In this document: positions 61,241 through 64,000 of the stretch, piece after piece
Position numbering within the stretch: the first letter of the stretch is position 1
How the letters are laid out: each line of letters starts with the position of its first letter
Assembly: GCA_031835245.2 (NCBI GenBank)
Contig: JAVKOQ020000034.1
Location: 1-64,000 of the forward strand
DNA length: 64,000 nt
Direction of reading: 5' to 3'
DNA from: Balamuthia mandrillaris
Lineage: Eukaryota
Position numbers and translations under genes: made by a program
The notes under the pieces: generated by a model
What the model was told of the DNA's origin: nothing
The model's input: the letters and a program-made list of their open reading frames with translations, nothing else
Database searches by the model: none

Positions 61241-64000
61241 ATGTCATCCAAAAAAGACACTCGTCGCAGAGTTAAAGTATACAAACTGAACGAAAGTGGC
61301 AGTTGGGACGACACTGGCACTGGACACGTTTCCGTCGTGCACGTGGATGTATGTTTTGAGTTGTCTCTCCTCTCTTCTTTTTTCTCCCCTCTGCTTATCT
61401 CCTTCTCACTTCTCTCGTTCGCCTCTTCTCTTCTCTCTTTTTACTCCTATTCTTGCTCTCTCCTCTGCTTACCTAATGTATTTCTCTTTATATCTACCAG
61501 AAATTTGATGCTCTTGCATTGGTCGTGAAGCCAGAAGACAAGGGAGAGGAGTCTCCATTGCTCATGGAGTCCAAAATTCAGATGGACGACATCTACCAAC
61601 GTCAACAAGGTTTTCTATCTTCTTTCTATATCTATTGACTTTCTTCTCCTGTCCTCGTTCTCTTTTATTTTTCGTGTTCGCTTACACCTTCTTTCCCATA
61701 ACATAGACACTTTGATAGTGTGGCAAGAACCTGAAACAGGAGAAGATGTGGCTCTGAGCTTTCAAGAAGAGGCGGGTTGTGTCGATGTTTGGGAGCAAAT
61801 ATGTGCCGTGCAGGGGAGATCTCCTTTTGAATCTGACGAAAATGACCTAAGCGATGATGATGGTTCATATTATACTTTCCTTTGTCTCGTGCTCTTCCTC
61901 CAATTAACTTTTCTTTTTTCGTGGACGATGTAGATCAACTTTATGACTTGAGAGAACCTTATTTGGGTGAAGACACCAAAATCACACTTCCTCCAGCCAA
62001 TCTCAACAATCTGCAAAACATAAACGAGGTTTTGGATACAGAGGAATACACAAGTAATGTACATAAAACGCGAATTGCTCAAGCTGTTTTAGCAGAGGTA
62101 TTTCTCGTTCTCTCTGTCTTCCTCTGTTTCTCAACTAGAAGAATACTTAACTTATACCATGACCACAGGGCTATCTTATCAAATTGGTGCAGCTTTTTCA
62201 CATCTGTGAGGAATCAAAGAACATGGAAAACTTACACACCATGTTTCACATATTCAAAAATTTGAGTTGCGTTTCTCTTGTCTTTTCTCTCTCCCTAACT
62301 CTGTCTCCCCCCTTCGAGTTACTGATGATTTTTGCAAATCTCTAGTTTTGCTGAACGATCCAACCCTTTTGGAAAAGCTGTTTAGCGATGAGTATTTCAT
62401 GGATGTGGTAGGAGCTTTGGAATGTACGTTATATTTTGTTTGTTCTCTCTCTCTCTCTCTCTCTCATTTTATCTCATATGCAATGGTTTTTTGTCACACC
62501 CTAAAACATAGATGACCCCGAGATTCCAATTAATAAGATTTCACATCGAGAGTACCTCAAAAACCGTGTGGTCTTCAAAGAGGTTGTCCCAATACACAAT
62601 GCTGAAACTTTGCAAAAGATTCACAACACCTTTCGCATGCAATATGTCAAGGATGTTGTGCTTCCGCGTCTATTGGACGACTTAACCTTCAACTCAATCA
62701 ACTCTCTCATCTACTTTTCGCAAATTGAGATTGTTAGCAATCTCTATTGCGATGAGGACTTTCTGCCGGAATTGTACGACAGCTACCTTTTTTGTTTTTT
62801 AATATCTCTTGTTAATACGTGTGTTACAGGTTTTCAAAACTTTTGTCAGATGAAGCGAGCGAAACACAACTAACGGATCTGCTGAGTTTTACGCAAGAGA
62901 TGTGTACCTTGGCAAAGAACTTGGAAGCGGGACAACAAAAACGTTTCTATTCGTACGTCTTACTCTTACTCTTTCATCTTCTCGTTGTCTCTTACATTGC
63001 TTTCTTCTGCTCTTCGAAAGAACGTTGATTACACAGGGCATATTCCTTGTGCTCGCCAAAGTGTTAGCACATTCAAAAATCAAGATACGTTTGAGCTGGT
63101 AGGCCTCACCATTCTCTCTTTATTTCTCTCTCGCACAACTAATTGCGTTTTTAAAAGTGCGGACTTGATCAACAACGTGCTTACGAACGACCCAAACCAA
63201 GTGCGAGAATTTATTCTCTCCCAAAAGGATAGCGGCTACACTTTCATGCACGGCCTCGTGGATCGCGTGTTGCACGACTCGGATACTGGTATTGTAACTC
63301 AGTACGCCGAAATCATCAAGTGCCTCTTGCAAACAGAGACCATGGAAGATGTAACCGACCGGGACAAGTTTCTTACTTTGTTTTATTCCGAGTTTTTGAA
63401 GAGATTGGTGGCAGCACTAAACGACCAGGAGGGTGCGGCGGAGACGTCACCATCCAAGTCTGGAGTTTTGTCTTTTGTGCCCCATCAGCCAAGCCTACAA
63501 CCACACGTCACCCCACTTGGAAAACGGAAGGCGGGGGCGGCGCATTTAGATCAGAATGAAAAGGGAGAAGGAAAGGGGAAGGAAGAAGAGGGAAAAGGAG
63601 AAAAGGAAGCAACAGAAACAAACGAAGAGAAGGAAAAGGAAGGGAAAGCAAACAAGAAAGCAACCAAAATAACGGAGAACGGACCGGAAAGAGATAGAGT
63701 AGGAAAGACACCATCTGCCACAATGATGCCCTTTATAGATATACAACCACATCAGTCAGCGGTCAAACACGAAATCTGCGAACTGTTGGCCTTTTGTGTA
63801 CAGAACCATGGCTATCACATCAAGTACTTTATTCTGGGCAATAATGTGGCGAGCAAAGTTCTGAAGCTTCTTACTCATCCCGAGAAGCACCTGGTTCTTG
63901 GTACGCAGAATTCTCACTTCTCTCTTCTCTTTTTTTTTTAGCAAATGCTAACGTAACATGAAATAAAAGCTGCGTTACGGTTCTTCCGAGCGATGGTGGG
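61241..64000 (+). CDS. PPP4R3: Protein phosphatase 4 regulatory subunit 3 (SMEK/Psy2), 3'-partial, multi-exon
   Basis: RRVKVY.L...G.WDD.GTGHV, YQRQQ.TLIVW, ALSFQE..GC...W, KIH.TFR.QY.KDVVLP, ELL.FCV..H.Y.IK. Confidence 0.93.

Overview
Eukaryotic, intron-rich, gene-dense genomic window. It is most consistent with a protist, and an amoebozoan is my inference from gene content and intron style, not something proven here. It has three zones. (1) 1-~2590 is the 3' part of a cytoplasmic LSU (28S) rRNA gene. It is interrupted in helix 89 by a 639-bp AT-rich insert flanked by a 4-bp ACGT duplication, at the exact centre of a 12-bp palindrome. The insert encodes a 5'-truncated His-Cys box (I-PpoI-like) endonuclease and shows no recognisable group I ribozyme. 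This is the top candidate for an undescribed rDNA-targeting mobile element. (2) ~2.6-15.3 kb is a decayed transposon cluster damaged largely by C-to-T changes. It holds a chromodomain Ty3/Gypsy LTR element with an internal inversion, a hAT-like DDE transposase and a RAG1/Transib/Chapaev-like transposase with tandem N-terminal zinc fingers. (3) 15.4-64 kb holds about 22 protein-coding genes and one tRNA-Leu(AAG). The genes include RBBP5, cytochrome c, two glycosyltransferase-like genes, TIPIN/Csm3, an LYR protein, NDUFS5-like, ProRS, mL46, a PX-PH-IRE/Rim15 kinase, uL4m, NOG1, Coq1/PDSS, an LRR protein, F-box-SPRY, MsrA, MED8, AtuA-like, HSF, a stand-alone PAH protein and PP4R3. A GTCGAC motif recurs in the short promoter regions. 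All family calls come from motif recognition by eye; no database searches were run.
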